Below are positions 23,912 through 36,593 of a DNA stretch of 47,474 nucleotides, in pieces. The DNA is from Octopus sinensis. Lineage: Eukaryota. The DNA is taken from assembly GCF_006345805.1 (NCBI RefSeq), contig NW_021834548.1:1-47474 (forward strand). The letters run 5' to 3'. The position numbers were made by a program, and so were the translations under genes. Numbering within the stretch: position 1 is the stretch's first letter; each line of letters starts with the position of its first letter. Under the pieces are notes generated by a model. The model ran no database searches. It was not told where the DNA came from and worked only from the letters and a program-made list of their open reading frames with translations.

Positions 23912-25157
23912 TTAGGTTGACCCCGAAAATAATGGCCGATTTCAGAAACATAATTTTATTCTGGAAAAATTAACAATAGAAATGTTTTGATTAGTCAAAG
24001 TATGAGCTGTGAACATCTATACATCGATCAACGAGATTATTTATGCCTCATTAAAAAAAAAAAAAAAAAACCTATTGGCTCTGATGCTAAGAAATCTTTG
24101 AAAGCTGATTCCACCTCTGGTTTGGACCTGAAAGTTTTATCACTTAAAAACGTGTTTAAATGCTTGAAAAATGGTAGTCAGTGGGTGAAAGATCAGGAGA
24201 ATATGGAGGATGTGGTAAAGTCTCGTATCCCAAGTCTGTGAGTTTCTGCAGCGTCATTCTTGCAACATGTGGCTTTGTATTTTCATGGAGCAGAATTGGG
24301 CCAAGCCGATTCACCAAGTGAGCATGTATTTCAGCGAGTGATTGCAGTAAACCTCTGCTGTAATGCTCCGATTGGATTCCAGAAAGCTATAATGGGCAAC
24401 ACCAATTGCAGACTCTAGACAGCCACCATAATCTTTTGTTGATGCAATTTTGGTTTTGGGAAATGTTTGGGGGACTCATCACGATCAAGCCATTGACCTG
24501 ATCGTTTACGATCATCATAAAGGGTACATTTTTCGCCACAAGTGACTATTCTGTCAAGAAAAGGATCATTAGTGTTTCGTAGAAAGATCATCGAGCACAC
24601 TTCAAAATGCCAAACTTTTGATTTTCATTGAGCTCATGCAGTACCCATTTATCGAGATTTTTCACCTTACCAATCTTCTTCAGATTGCCTGAGACCGTTG
24701 CAATATCGACACCAAGTGCCTGAGACATTTCCCTACCACTTTGACGTGGGTTTTGTTCAACAATTGCTTTCAATTATTCATTGTCAAGTTTGCATGACTG
24801 TCCTCTACCTTCTTCATCTTCAAGGCTCTCATCACCACTATGGAATTTCTGAAACCACCTTCCTACTGGGCGATCACTTGTGGACCCCTCTCCCTATGCT
24901 CTGCTGATATTAGCAGCAGCTTAGGAGGTTTGAACTCATGAAAGAAAAGTAAGCGAAGATCCTTTTTTTGTCATGTTCATAATTAAGGGCGCCTATGCTT
25001 CAAGAATGTTTTCTGTCTGAAATAAGTAGAAAATTATTAAATAGCATACATCAACTAAGTATGTCGAAATTCACCTAAAATATAATTAAAATACTATGAT
25101 AAAATTGCATTTCAAAACACAACCCTTGGAGCGGTCATTATTTTTGGAACAACCTAA
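23912..25157 (-). mobile_element. Near full-length decayed mariner (Hsmar1/cecropia-like)
   Basis: TA|ttaggttgaccccgaaaataatggcc ... ggtcattatttttggaacaacctaa|TA; KWVLHEL, FLDRIVTCGEK, HENTKPH and YSPDLSPTDY motifs on minus strand. Confidence 0.92.
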
Positions 25158-25244
25158 TAGTTGCTGTTGTTATAATTACTACCGTTGTTTTAACTGATAC
25201 TGATGCTACTATTTTTAATTACTGTTTCGTATTCAGTAGTATCT

Positions 25245-27077
25245 TGTAAGAAATGACTGCGGCATCACTTTGTTGGAGTCTATGGGCAAAGTTCTTGCTA
25301 GATTATTGTTGAACAGGTTGATGGAGGACATTTGTCCTACTGTAGTCGCTGATCACAAAATGGCTTTAGATAAGGCAGTGGGACCATTGATAGGATCTCA
25401 GCAAGGCAGATTCAGTAGAAATGTATTGAGCAGCGAGTTCCTCTGTATCAGGTCTTTGTTGATCTGACAAAGGCCTTTGATACGGTGAACAGAGATGCAC
25501 TGTGGAAATTATTAGGGAAAATAGGGTGCCCGTCAAAGTTTATTGATATGTTCGTTCGATTGCACAGAAATATGAAGGCTCGGGTTGTTTTGAATGGAAA
25601 ATTGTCCAATGAAATCCCAGTTGATAATAGCGTGAAACAGGGACTATCCTCGTTCCCACACTGTTTGCAATATTTTTAGCTGTGATGCTGACTCATGCAT
25701 TCCATGACTGTGCAAATTAGAACTACAGGAAGGATTTTTGACCAAATATTAATTAGAGAACTCTTATATGCAGACGATGTTGACTTCTTGGCTCATTCTC
25801 AGAATGACATGCAACGCATCATGGATTGCTTTGCAACATCTTGTAATGCCTTTGGCTATTATCAACTGGGATTTCATTGGACAATTTTCCATTCAAGACA
25901 ACCCGAGCCTTCATACTTCTGTGCAATCGAACGAACATACCAAGGTAATGTTCACCCCATCATCAGGGTAAGCATATATCAAGCCAAATATAATGGTGCT
26001 TGGAACTAGGTTGGGTGTAGTTAACACTTTTGCTTACTTGGGGAGTACATTATCAAGGGATGGTTCACTGGATGCTGAAATACACCTGCGTAGTCAGAAG
26101 GCTCCTGTAACCTTTGGAAAACTCGAAAAGAGAGTGTGGGCAGATCATGGCATCAATATCAAGACCAAGATTAGTGTGTACAAGGCCTGCATTCTAAGTA
26201 CTCTGTTGTACTCTTCAAAAACGTTGACGGTACATCGTAAGCGCCTTAATTTGATCGAACACTTTAACCAAAAAGTGTTTAAGAAGAATCCTAAACATCA
26301 AATGGCAACAGAAATTACCTGACACACAAATCCTTATAGATGCTGGCTGCAGGATCATTGAATCTACCATCATATCTTCTCAAATGCGATGGGTAGGCCC
26401 TGTTGTGCGCATGAATGTGGTAAGACTCTCAAAACAATTAGTTTACAGTCAATTTCACACTGGGAAACGCCCTCAGCACAAACCAAGAAAAAGATATAAA
26501 GATTGCATAACAAACAACCTTATAGATTTTCAGCTTGAAGATCAGAACTGGGAAGTGATTGCTTCAAAGAAGGGTAAATGGAGAAGATATATGAAGGAAG
26601 GCTACAGGATGTTTGAAGGGAGACGTCTTGATCATGAAAAACTTAAACACCAGCTTCGAAAAGTGCTACAGTATGCAAATCATTAAGAACATAGTGAGGT
26701 GGATTTGTGAGGTGTGTGATCGTTTATTGGTCTCTAAATTTGGGTATATCACTCATTTAAAATCACATAAAAAACCAGCTCTATCGCTCCAATGCTAGGT
26801 GAGACCACGTGTGTGGTGTGCAAAAATATCTGCAAATCAATATCTGGTCTTAAAAGGCATATGAGGGTACATAAGGATGACATCCCACAAGCTGACCTAA
26901 TAAATCCAGTAGAAGGTACATCTTTTATCTGTCATATTTGCGGCAGACCGAGCAAATCTAATGGTGGACTCAAAAGCTACCTAAGGGTTCATGGACGGAA
27001 GTTTGGAGCTGATGATGGTTGATGGGGATACATGGGGAGACAGCAATCATCTTCAAAGATGAAGCAGTCATCATCAT
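25245..27077 (+). mobile_element. 5'-truncated RTE-clade LINE (RT plus C-terminal zinc fingers), pseudogenised
   Basis: GITLL..GKVLARLLLNRL, DLTKAFDTVNR, VKQG, LLYADD, YLGS, KTKISVY..LLY, RWVGPVVRM; 3' end gaagcagtcatcatcat. Confidence 0.92.
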
Positions 27078-27339
27078 GCATGTATGTATCCACACGTGTC
27101 TATGCGCATGCAGCCGAAGGTTGATTCATATGAAAAAGAAAATGAAAAAATAACCTGACCACTTGCTTATCACGAAATTTCGATTAAAAATAAATTCTTT
27201 TTAAAGTCTCACCATTTTTAAGTATCACAATCATAGGTGTTTATACTTCGGTGAGGTTAAGAAATGAAGTCGTAAATAAACGAAACCCTCGAACCCATCA
27301 CTTTGCACACACACACAGACACACACACACACACACACA

Positions 27340-27665
27340 AGCGCATATGTATGTATCCACACATGTCTACGCGCATAGGTACACCATGATCTATACATAC
27401 GTAAACGAGGGTCATTTCATACGAAAAAGAAAGTGAACAAAATAATATGACCATTTGCTTATAGGAAAATTTGCAAGTTCGATTGAAAAAAAAAATTTTT
27501 TCTTTAAAGATAATCAAACCACTCACCCAATTTCGAGCCACTTACCCAATGAGTATTTCTGCGAAATGTGAAAATCCGTTCAGTCGTTTCCCAGTAATTT
27601 TGCAAACACACAGGCAGACGAAGACGAGTGATTACTATATCCCGCTTTCGCTTACGCGCACAGTA
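27340..27665 (+). mobile_element. Possible Helentron-associated (DINE-1/HINE-like) element, degenerate
   Basis: aaatccgttcagtcgtttc...acaggcagacg...atcccgctttcgctta 3' architecture; 27077-27230 is a diverged partial duplicate of its start. Confidence 0.45.
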
Positions 27666-27691
27666 TAGTAATAGTAATAATGATGATGATG

Positions 27692-27727
<36 letters not shown>

Positions 27728-28098
27728 TAATAATAATAGAAATGCAATTGTCAAGTAGGTAAGAGGTTTTAAACAGGAGCGGTATACGGTAACTTGGTAA
27801 AACTAAAAATTGTCGAGGATAAATTAAATTTATTATTCTTACTGAATATGTTAGTGTTATTTAATTTCTGAACGGTTTCGCTGCCGTTTATTTATGTAGT
27901 CTGATTTCTTTATCCCTCAGTTTCTACTAAGATAGAGGCACGAGTAAAGTTAATAATAGAGAAACGAAAATAAAACTTTGAAAACAGCAAAGCCGCCATA
28001 GTTTACGTGGAAACCATGAGCGTGCTTTCAAGGAAGATAACCAGAGAAAGACTTGAAAGTCCGTAAGATCGTAATACTTCATGTAAAGTAAATATACC

Positions 28099-28304
28099 AA
28101 ATAATCCAGAATCCTTGTCCGGTACCGGATCGATCCCAAAATCTAACCAGTTCGTGCCAGTCACGAGGCCAAACATTTCCTTGAAAGTTTCATCCGAATC
28201 CATCCAGCGGTTCTTGAGATATCTTGTCCTCGGACAAACAAACAAACAAACAAACAGACAAACACGACTGAACACAATACCCCCGCCTTTGCTAAGGCGG
28301 CGGT
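28099..28304 (+). mobile_element. HINE/DINE-1-like element, 3' part
   Basis: (CAAA)n tract then terminal hairpin acccccgcc-tttgcta-aggcggcggt followed by taa. Confidence 0.7.
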
Positions 28305-28600
28305 AATAATAATATTAATAATGCAAGGAGAAGAGCATTGTCGCTGTGAATTTTCTTTCCTCTTTTCCCGCCTTTATGTCATTTGTTTACTTTTATATCG
28401 TTTATTATTCCTTTCTCGCTCTCTGTCTTCCCTTCTTCTCTATCACATGACTTTGTTAATTAACAATCTGGTGTATTTATTTTAATGGCATACTAATGTA
28501 TACAGTACGTTTCTATGCCCTAGGTGTCAGGAAGACACTTGGTAAGAAATTGAAACAGAATTGAAAGAAGATACTAATGCAAATAATAATAATAATAATA

Positions 28601-28643
<43 letters not shown>

Positions 28644-28655
28644 TAATAGTAATAA

Positions 28656-28754
28656 TAAGAGCACTCAGAGAGCGCAAACCTCCGCCAACGCAACACCAAC
28701 GGCCTTTAAACGATTAACAGGAGATGATTTTTAAAATGAGAATATCTGAAATAA
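28656..28754 (+). mobile_element. HINE/DINE-1-like element, 5' part, after an (AAT)n tract
   Basis: aagagcactcagagagcgcaaacctccgcc carries the subterminal motif echoed in the 28099-28304 hairpin. Confidence 0.5.
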
Positions 28755-28919
28755 CATACTTCTATAAATATCATGAGACCGGTCTTCCTTTAGTAATCCT
28801 GTTGTTTTAGATCGATGTATAGAATTATGTGTGTATGTGAGTATACTGTAAAGTGTTAAAATGTATGTACAATCTCCTACTAAAATAATTAGCGTTGTCT
28901 TTTTTTTTATATATTTGTT

Positions 28920-28970
<51 letters not shown>

Positions 28971-29242
28971 AATGTAATATTAGAGACAGAACCACCTTCA
29001 ACTTAATCAAAATTGAAAGATTTTATACCTAACCATTACATTAATTGTTAAATATTAAATCTTATACAAACTATATCTATTCTGAATCCCGTATTTACCG
29101 TTTATAAGACTACACGTGTTTCATAAAAGTACGTCGGTATTGATTAGATATGAAGTATCTAGTTTCAATACTTGTCGGGTCGACATACTCCCAATCTTCA
29201 TGCCTGGATACAATGCATATATATATATATAGATATATATAT

Positions 29243-29285
<43 letters not shown>

Positions 29286-29371
29286 GTTCAGCAAACAATT
29301 TAGATTCAATGAATATGGTACTTAATTTAGATGCACCAGAATTTTTTTTATGGTATTACTCATAAAAATAT

Positions 29372-29740
29372 GCGGGGTGATTATAATCAAAAATAAGCAA
29401 CAAGAATGTATCCGGTAATTTAGTACAATTGTTTCATACTATAACATTTTATTAAAGCTGTAAATATTACAGGTGTGAACTTAATTTTGGTCTGTTTGGC
29501 ATCCTACTTCATGTTCCTGAAATTCATATCTACAGCTTTATCGGTATATTTACCTTCTCTAGGATGTTACTAATTGATTTGAGAACTTTATATTATTGGA
29601 AAACCTATATGAAATTAGCTGAAGATTACTTGACATATTATATCTGCTGTAATATTTACAGCTTTAATAAAATGTTTATAGTATGAAACAATTGTACTAA
29701 ATTACCGGATCCATTCTGGTTGCTTATTTTTGATTATTAT
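29372..29740. mobile_element. MITE with ~90-bp inverted repeats
   Basis: 29383-29472 is the reverse complement of 29647-29737 with about 3 differences; left tip TA|tgcggggtg is Tc1/Tc3-like. Confidence 0.8.
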
Positions 29741-29749
29741 ATATATATC

Positions 29750-29783
<34 letters not shown>

Positions 29784-29870
29784 AGATATATCTATTATAT
29801 ATATATATATAATATAATGTATATATATACATACACCACATATATATATATGCAAATATATATATATATG

Positions 29871-29928
29871 TTTACTCTCTTTTACTTGTTTCAGTCATTT
29901 GACTGTGGCCATGCTGGAGCACCGTCTT
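29871..29928 (-). mobile_element. SINE family A 3' fragment
   Basis: cttttacttgtttcagtcatttgactgtggccatgctggagcacc. Confidence 0.8.
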
Positions 29929-29934
29929 TATATT

Positions 29935-29975
<41 letters not shown>

Positions 29976-30170
29976 ATATTTGTATGTATATATATATTTG
30001 TGTATATACATATATAATATAAATAATATATATGAATATATACATACGTATATCTACATACATATATACGTATATACATATGCATATGTGGGCACAGGAC
30101 GTCACGAAACGTAAACAACATAAAAAACGAAAACGAGGGATACGAAATACGAATACAAATACATGGAATA

Positions 30171-30391
30171 TTCTTTTATTCTTTTACTTGTTTCAGTCAT
30201 TTGACTGCGCCCATGCTGGAGCACCGCCTTTAGTCGAGCAAATCGACCCCAGGATATATTCTTTGTAAGCTTAGTACTTATTCTCTCGTCTCTTTTGCCG
30301 AACCGTTAAGTTACGGGGACATAAACACACCAGCATCGGTTGTCAAGCGATGTTGGGGGAGGGGCAAACACAGACACACACATATACGCCA

Positions 30392-30446
<55 letters not shown>

Positions 30447-30452
30447 CATACA

Positions 30453-30524
<72 letters not shown>

Positions 30525-30627
30525 CGGACTTCTTTCAGTTTCGTCTACCAAATCCACTCACAAAGATTTGGTTGGTCTGAGGCTATAATAGAAGACACCT
30601 GCTCAAACCGCCACGCAGTGGGACTCG
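30171..30627 (-). mobile_element. SINE family A, 5'-truncated
   Basis: Tail, internal CATA/TA tract, head lost beyond cagtgggact. Confidence 0.85.
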
Positions 30628-30897
30628 TTATTAATGTTAAGAAAATAGATTCGATATCGATGAGAAGAAAATATATTGAAATATAGATATTCACGTTCCT
30701 TTACATTCTGAATTCAATAGCTGTTGGAGTCAACTTTACGTTTTCATCCTCGTGGTGACCAATAATATAAAGTTGTGATCAAGTTCCGAGATAGGCATAA
30801 TCAATTATATTCTCTCGGGAAACTGTGTGGCATTGTATCTATGTAAGAAGTCTATATCGTTATTTCAATTGGATTTGTAGATGAGTAAATGTTACGG

Positions 30898-31209
30898 TGT
30901 GGAGGCGCAATGGCCCAGTGGTTAGGGCAGCGGACTCGCGGTCGGAGGATCCTGGTTTCGATTCCCAGACCGGGCGTTGTGTTTATTTATTGAGCGAAAA
31001 CACCTAAAGTTCCACGGGGCTCCGGCAGGATGTGGTGGTGACCCCTGTTGTACTCTTTCACCCCAACTTTCTCTCACTCTTTCTTCCTGTTTCTTGAGTA
31101 ACGCTGCGATGGACTGGCGTCCCGTCCAGCTGCGGGGGGTGGGGCATACGCCATAGAAACCGGGAAACCGGGCCCCTGAGCCTGGCTAGGCTTGAAAAGG
31201 GCGCATAAA
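30898..31209 (+). mobile_element. tRNA-derived SINE, family C second subfamily
   Basis: tggcccagtggttagggcagcggactcgc..ggtttcgattccc head; body gatggactggcgtcccgtccag; tail resumes at 32889. Confidence 0.85.
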
Positions 31210-32880
31210 GGATCTTTTCTTTTTGAAAGCCAGATTTTTCAGATTTTTCTAGTTAACTAAATAATTTGAAACTTCGAATACTGGTAGAATGTGTCAAAAG
31301 AAAACAATAATTTCAACTAGTTTTTTTGACAAAAATGTATTTTATAAGTTTATACGTAGTTTAAATCTGCGAATTTTAACCAATCGTATTCTCTGTATTC
31401 AGTTGAAATTATTTGCTCCGTCTAAACATATTGTTACTGTGACGTAAACAGCACACACGTACTGTTTACTTTGGATGAATAATAAACACATATTCAGTGT
31501 TTTTGTATAGGCTTCGGGTGTTTTCTCTATACAATGTATATATTTACTATAAACTGTGCACACGCTTTGATTCTTCAGTTTGACACACGCCCTTGAACCG
31601 GTTATTTGGCTTGTATGCACCCACATACACACACGTACCCATCCATACGCATACTCGCACATAATCAGGGCCCCTCTGCGTTTTCGCTCGTCGATGTGCT
31701 AGGAATAACACCCAAATCCCCTTAAAACCATATACTACTGGGTTAAAGGAAGGGTACATTGGCTAATATAATCATAGATGCTATATCTGAAAAGGGGGGG
31801 GGGCGCAAAAATACGGGTTGGTCATAGTTGGAACCCTTTGATCCTCAACCGGGTTTATCAGGATGACCTGAGTTAAATAGCAATAACAATATATTTGTAA
31901 TATTGATTATAGACACAAAGCATATATTTTGGGGTGAGTGGAGGGTATAATCATTTATATCGATCTCCAATACTTTATCGATGTATTTTCTCGACCGTGG
32001 AAGAACAGACGGCTTGTTTTGAATTCCGGTGAGGGTTGAAACCCGAACGTATAGGACCGTATCCCTAAACATTCTAACAGTCCTTTACCAAGCCCTTGTC
32101 AGCATGTAATATCATCTGATCCACATTATCTCTCTATATTTGTCCACGCGTAAAAATATATCATCAAGGTGACATAGTTAAACTTCGACGAAAAATATAA
32201 TGTAAAGCTGGCAGAATCGGTAGTGCATCGGATAAAATGCCTAGCGTCATTTCTTACGAATCTTTACGTTCCGTGTTCGAATATTGCTGAGCTTTCCTTC
32301 TTTCGGGCGGCGCTTATAGAATAAGTACCAGTTGAATACAATCGACTAGTTCTTCCCATCAGCTTCAGGCCTTGTACTTACTGGGGAAAGAAATATTATT
32401 AAGGAAGGGAGTGGGCAGTTAAAATGTTTTAAAACGTGGATTTTTCAGAAAAATAAGATTTAATGCGAATTACATGTATTTTAGAGTGACGAAAATTACC
32501 GAAACCCCTCCAAAAATTTACCATCGAAATTTCATTTTATTCTCGACAGCTATTTCGAAAGCCCGCCGTATTTTTATTATTATTCTGTCTGTTTAGGACT
32601 TTGTTATATGGGACGGTGATGTTTACATGTTAACTACGTCACAAAATAGCTGTTTACGTCACAGTAACAATATTTTGAGAAGTAGTAAATAATATGAAGC
32701 CGAAAGAAAGAATATCATTGGTTAAAATTCGAATTTTTAAACAACGTTTAACTTAGAAATTACAATTCCGTTTTCATTTTGGTTTACAATTATGTTTTCT
32801 TTTGACACATTCTACCAGTATACGAAGTTTCAAATTGTTTAGTTAACTAGGAAAATCTGGCTTTCAAAAGGAAAAGATCC
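31210..32880. mobile_element. Long-TIR non-autonomous DNA transposon with 8-bp TSD (Merlin/MULE/Foldback-like)
   Basis: cgcataaa|GGATCTTTTC ... GAAAAGATCC|cgcataaa; inverted arms about 31210-31452 and 32649-32880. Confidence 0.85.
32202..32400 (+). mobile_element. SINE family B inside the long-TIR element
   Basis: agctggcagaatcgg..aaaatgcctagc..aataagtaccagttg..caggccttgt. Confidence 0.75.
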
Positions 32881-33590
32881 CGCATAAATAAAAATGAAAA
32901 GTTACGATAACCTTTAATATTCTGTCGAATTCTATCGTCGAGTTGACTCTCTCTTTCGTCAGTTCATACAAATAATATGCTTGGAAGATATGGGGGGATA
33001 CTTTTCTGTATAATTTTGTGGAGATGCGAAAATGTAAGAGATAATTACTGATATTGTTTGTTGCTTGCAATGACTTAATGCGACGAATGATTTACCCTTT
33101 CGAATTTTATTCTGTCACACATTTCTAGCACGCATTAGCAATAACAAATATTTCTTTACTCCAGGGCTTACTTGAATTTTCATGAAGCTATGGGGGTGTT
33201 TAATACGGATTTGAATTTGTTTGAACGAAAATAGTATAAAGAGATTACAAACAAGAGGTTTCATTACCACAATTGTAAAGGAAATACCGTTAATTAGTGT
33301 CATTGAGAGAGCGACATGATGTTTGATGACATGATAAGATATGATGCACACTTCTATGAAATGTAATCTTCTATGAAATGTGATATGGTGAGATATCACT
33401 TGGTATATGAGAGAGTATAGTAAAAATTCTGATAACATTAAGAAATGTTTATCCTCATGTTTTTCTCTGTTTTGATTAAACGGACGTGTAAGTAAAATTT
33501 CCACTGCGATCACTCTGCCTTCTTTTTGTTCAAGACTAACATTTTTTATAGCTGATTCAGCCAGTCAAGACTATCATTTTTTATAGCTGA

Positions 33591-33953
33591 TTCAGTCAGT
33601 GGACTGTGGCTACGCTGCAGCACCACCTTGAAGGGTTTAGTCGTACAAGGCAACCATAGTACTTATTTTTGTGAGCCTGGCACTCATTCAATCAATTCTA
33701 TTGCCGAGCTGATAAGTTATGGGAACGTAAACAAACCAACACCAGTCGTCAAGCGGTGGTGGGGAAAAGTACAAACACGAATACAAATACACAAACACAC
33801 ATACACATACGGCAAGCTTCCTTCAGTTTCCGTCAAACAAATCCACTCATAAGGCTTTAGTCGGACCGAAGTTATTGTAGAAGACACCCGCTCAATATAC
33901 CACGCACTGAAACTGAACCCCAAATCACGTTGTTAGGAAGTAACTTGCTACAG
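33591..33953 (-). mobile_element. SINE family A, diverged
   Basis: Both halves recognisable; 35-bp tandem duplication (33531-33600) overlaps its tail. Confidence 0.75.
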
Positions 33954-34022
33954 ATGACGTTCAAAGACATAGAAATCACGATTTAGCAATTCCACCACCG
34001 TTTCCGGACACTTCGTCTAGAC

Positions 34023-34894
34023 CAGGGGTCGCCAAATTTTTTCAACCATCGACCCCCTTTAGCCACTTCTTCCACATCGACCCCCTTTAGCTACTTCTCC
34101 TTCCACATCGACCCCCTTTAGTCACTTATCCTTCCGCATCGACCACCTTCCTCATTTAAAATAGCTTAATACCCTACCCTACCGCACCATATCTTAAATG
34201 CGTACCGTGTACAGATGCTGGTAATTAAAATGTTAGCTAGAATATATTGTTTGCTCCTTCTCAAGCCATGCCCGACTCATAATGGGCCGGTTTCCCGGTT
34301 TCATTGGCGTATAGGTTCCCCACCTGGATGGGACGCCAGTTCATTGCAGGTGAGCTGCTAGATGCAGGATGAAAGAGTGAGAGAAAGTTGTGGCGAGTCA
34401 GCAGAAGTCCGTCATTATCTTCTGCTGGAGCCGCGTGGAGCTTAGGTGTTTTGCTCATAAACACACACATCGTCCGGTCTGAGATTCGAAACCGCGATCC
34501 CTCGTCTGCGAGTCCGCTGCTCTAACCACTAGGCCATGTGTCTCCACAGCTAGAATATATATGTACGACAAATTAAGAAATTCTGTTGAAGATGACACAC
34601 ATTTTACATTTAAAGCTACGTATACGAGTATACGGTATGAAATTTTCAATTTTTATGAAATTGTTTTCACGGTTGGAAAATGTGAAAAACGCATCATATT
34701 GCTGGAATATCTTTTATTGAAATTGACAACATCAATGTGAGGGAAGGGCATGGCACTAAGTATTTTAAGCAGTTCATTTGAGTGAGCTGGTCCTTCGCAC
34801 GCCGACCCCCATTCGACTCCTTGGCTATCATCGACCCCTTGTAATTCCTCGCCGACCCAAAGGGGGTCTCTCAGATCCCTTTTGGCGACCCCTG
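34023..34894. mobile_element. hAT (Charlie-type) non-autonomous element
   Basis: gtctagac|caggggtcgccaaa ... tttggcgacccctg|gtctagat; NTCTAGAN target; internal ~30-bp tandem repeat x3-4 at 34047-34145. Confidence 0.88.
34248..34547 (-). mobile_element. SINE family C nested in the hAT element
   Basis: 13-bp TSD agctagaatatat at 34235-34247 and 34548-34560. Confidence 0.92.
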
Positions 34895-35300
34895 GTCTAG
34901 ATGGTCTTTCGCACGCCGGCCCCCATTCGACCCCTTGACTATCATCGACCTACTGTAATTCCTCGCCGACCCCAGAGGGTCTCTCGGTACCCCTTTGGCG
35001 ACCCCTGGCCTAGACTATGTTTTACAATTGTAATTATGTTATTGCATTTAAAGGCAGTATATCGTAAATTTAAGGACATTTGGTATCTATTTCTAGCAGA
35101 TCCAGTGACCACATACAAGCCCCTTCGATGGTTTGTAAGAAAACGAGTCTCATTAAAAAAAAAAAAATGAAAATTACATTTTCATAATGGTGCAGTATAA
35201 TAAGGAATATTAACATATTGTGTTATGGAATATCGAAATGTTATTATGTAGCGTATTGTTACCACTGAGTAGCTGTATGTAACAGTATGCAAAATATAAG

Positions 35301-35368
<68 letters not shown>

Positions 35369-35939
35369 TAATATATATATATATAAAATATATACATTTA
35401 TAAATATATTTAATACTGAAGTATGATTGGAGTATGTTGAGAGAAAAATGGTCCAGTAAACAAGAATAATAAAATTGGTTAAGAAATTATCAAAATATTT
35501 CGAAATTTATATAATAACTAGCGTACACATGTATATTTGCAGTGACAGAGTTAAGCTAAAAAACACTCTGACATACATACATGCATGTATACATACATAA
35601 TTGCATAAATGTATGCAAACATGCATACTTACATAATGCATAGTTGTATACAGAGATGCGTATATTTATACCTGCATATATATGCACATGCATCCTATAT
35701 ATAAGCGTACATGCATATGCACGCGTGTTTGTCATATAATGAGGTAAAGTAGAGCAAATTACGATAGCAACATCCTTGGGAAAATATGAATAGCTAGCAT
35801 ATAATTGGTTAAAATACCTCAATAATACCTCATAGAAACATGAGTGAGCGTATTCACAAACAAACGCAGCATTTTAAAATATGATATATGATGTAATATA
35901 ATGTAAAGTAATTATAATACAATGTAGTACAAAATAATA

Positions 35940-35952
35940 TATGATATATATA

Positions 35953-35999
<47 letters not shown>

Positions 36000-36022
36000 A
36001 TATAATATATATATATATATAT

Positions 36023-36090
<68 letters not shown>

Positions 36091-36097
36091 ATATATC

Positions 36098-36128
<31 letters not shown>

Positions 36129-36136
36129 TATATATA
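35940..36136. repeat. Long (TA)n microsatellite
   Basis: Direct reading. Confidence 0.95.
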
Positions 36137-36299
36137 CGAGTAGGAGTGGCTGTGTGGTGAGTAGCTTGCTTACCAACCACATGGTTCCGGGTTCAGTCGA
36201 ACTGCATGGCACCTTGGGCAAGTGTCTCTTACTATAGCCTCGGGCCGACCAAAGCCTTGTGAGTGGATTTGGTAGACGGAAACTGAAAGAAACCCTTCA

Positions 36300-36357
<58 letters not shown>

Positions 36358-36585
36358 GTGTGTGTATGCTTGGATATGTGTGTGTGTGTTTGTTGCACCC
36401 CCCCCCCCAATATTGCTTGACAACCGATACTGGTATGTTTACGTCCTCGAAATTTAGTGGTTCAGCAAAAGAGACCGATAAAATAGGTACTAGACTTACA
36501 AAGATTTAGTCCTGGCGTCGATTTGCTTAACTAAAAGGGATGCTCCAGCATGGCCACAGTAAAACAAGTAAAAGAATAAAAGAAT
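36137..36585 (+). mobile_element. SINE family A, full length
   Basis: Head to (gaataaaa)n tail. Confidence 0.9.
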
Positions 36586-36593
36586 ATATATAT

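Noticed and set aside
30095-30125. cacgaaacgtaaac as another hammerhead
   Set aside because: The 3' half fits but there is no CTGANGA-like core upstream
33115-33513. 132-aa non-microsatellite ORF on minus strand
   Set aside because: No recognisable domain, atypical composition, and no splice support
34047-34145. Regular ~30-bp repeats resembling a CRISPR array
   Set aside because: No unique spacers, eukaryotic context, and they lie inside a hAT element
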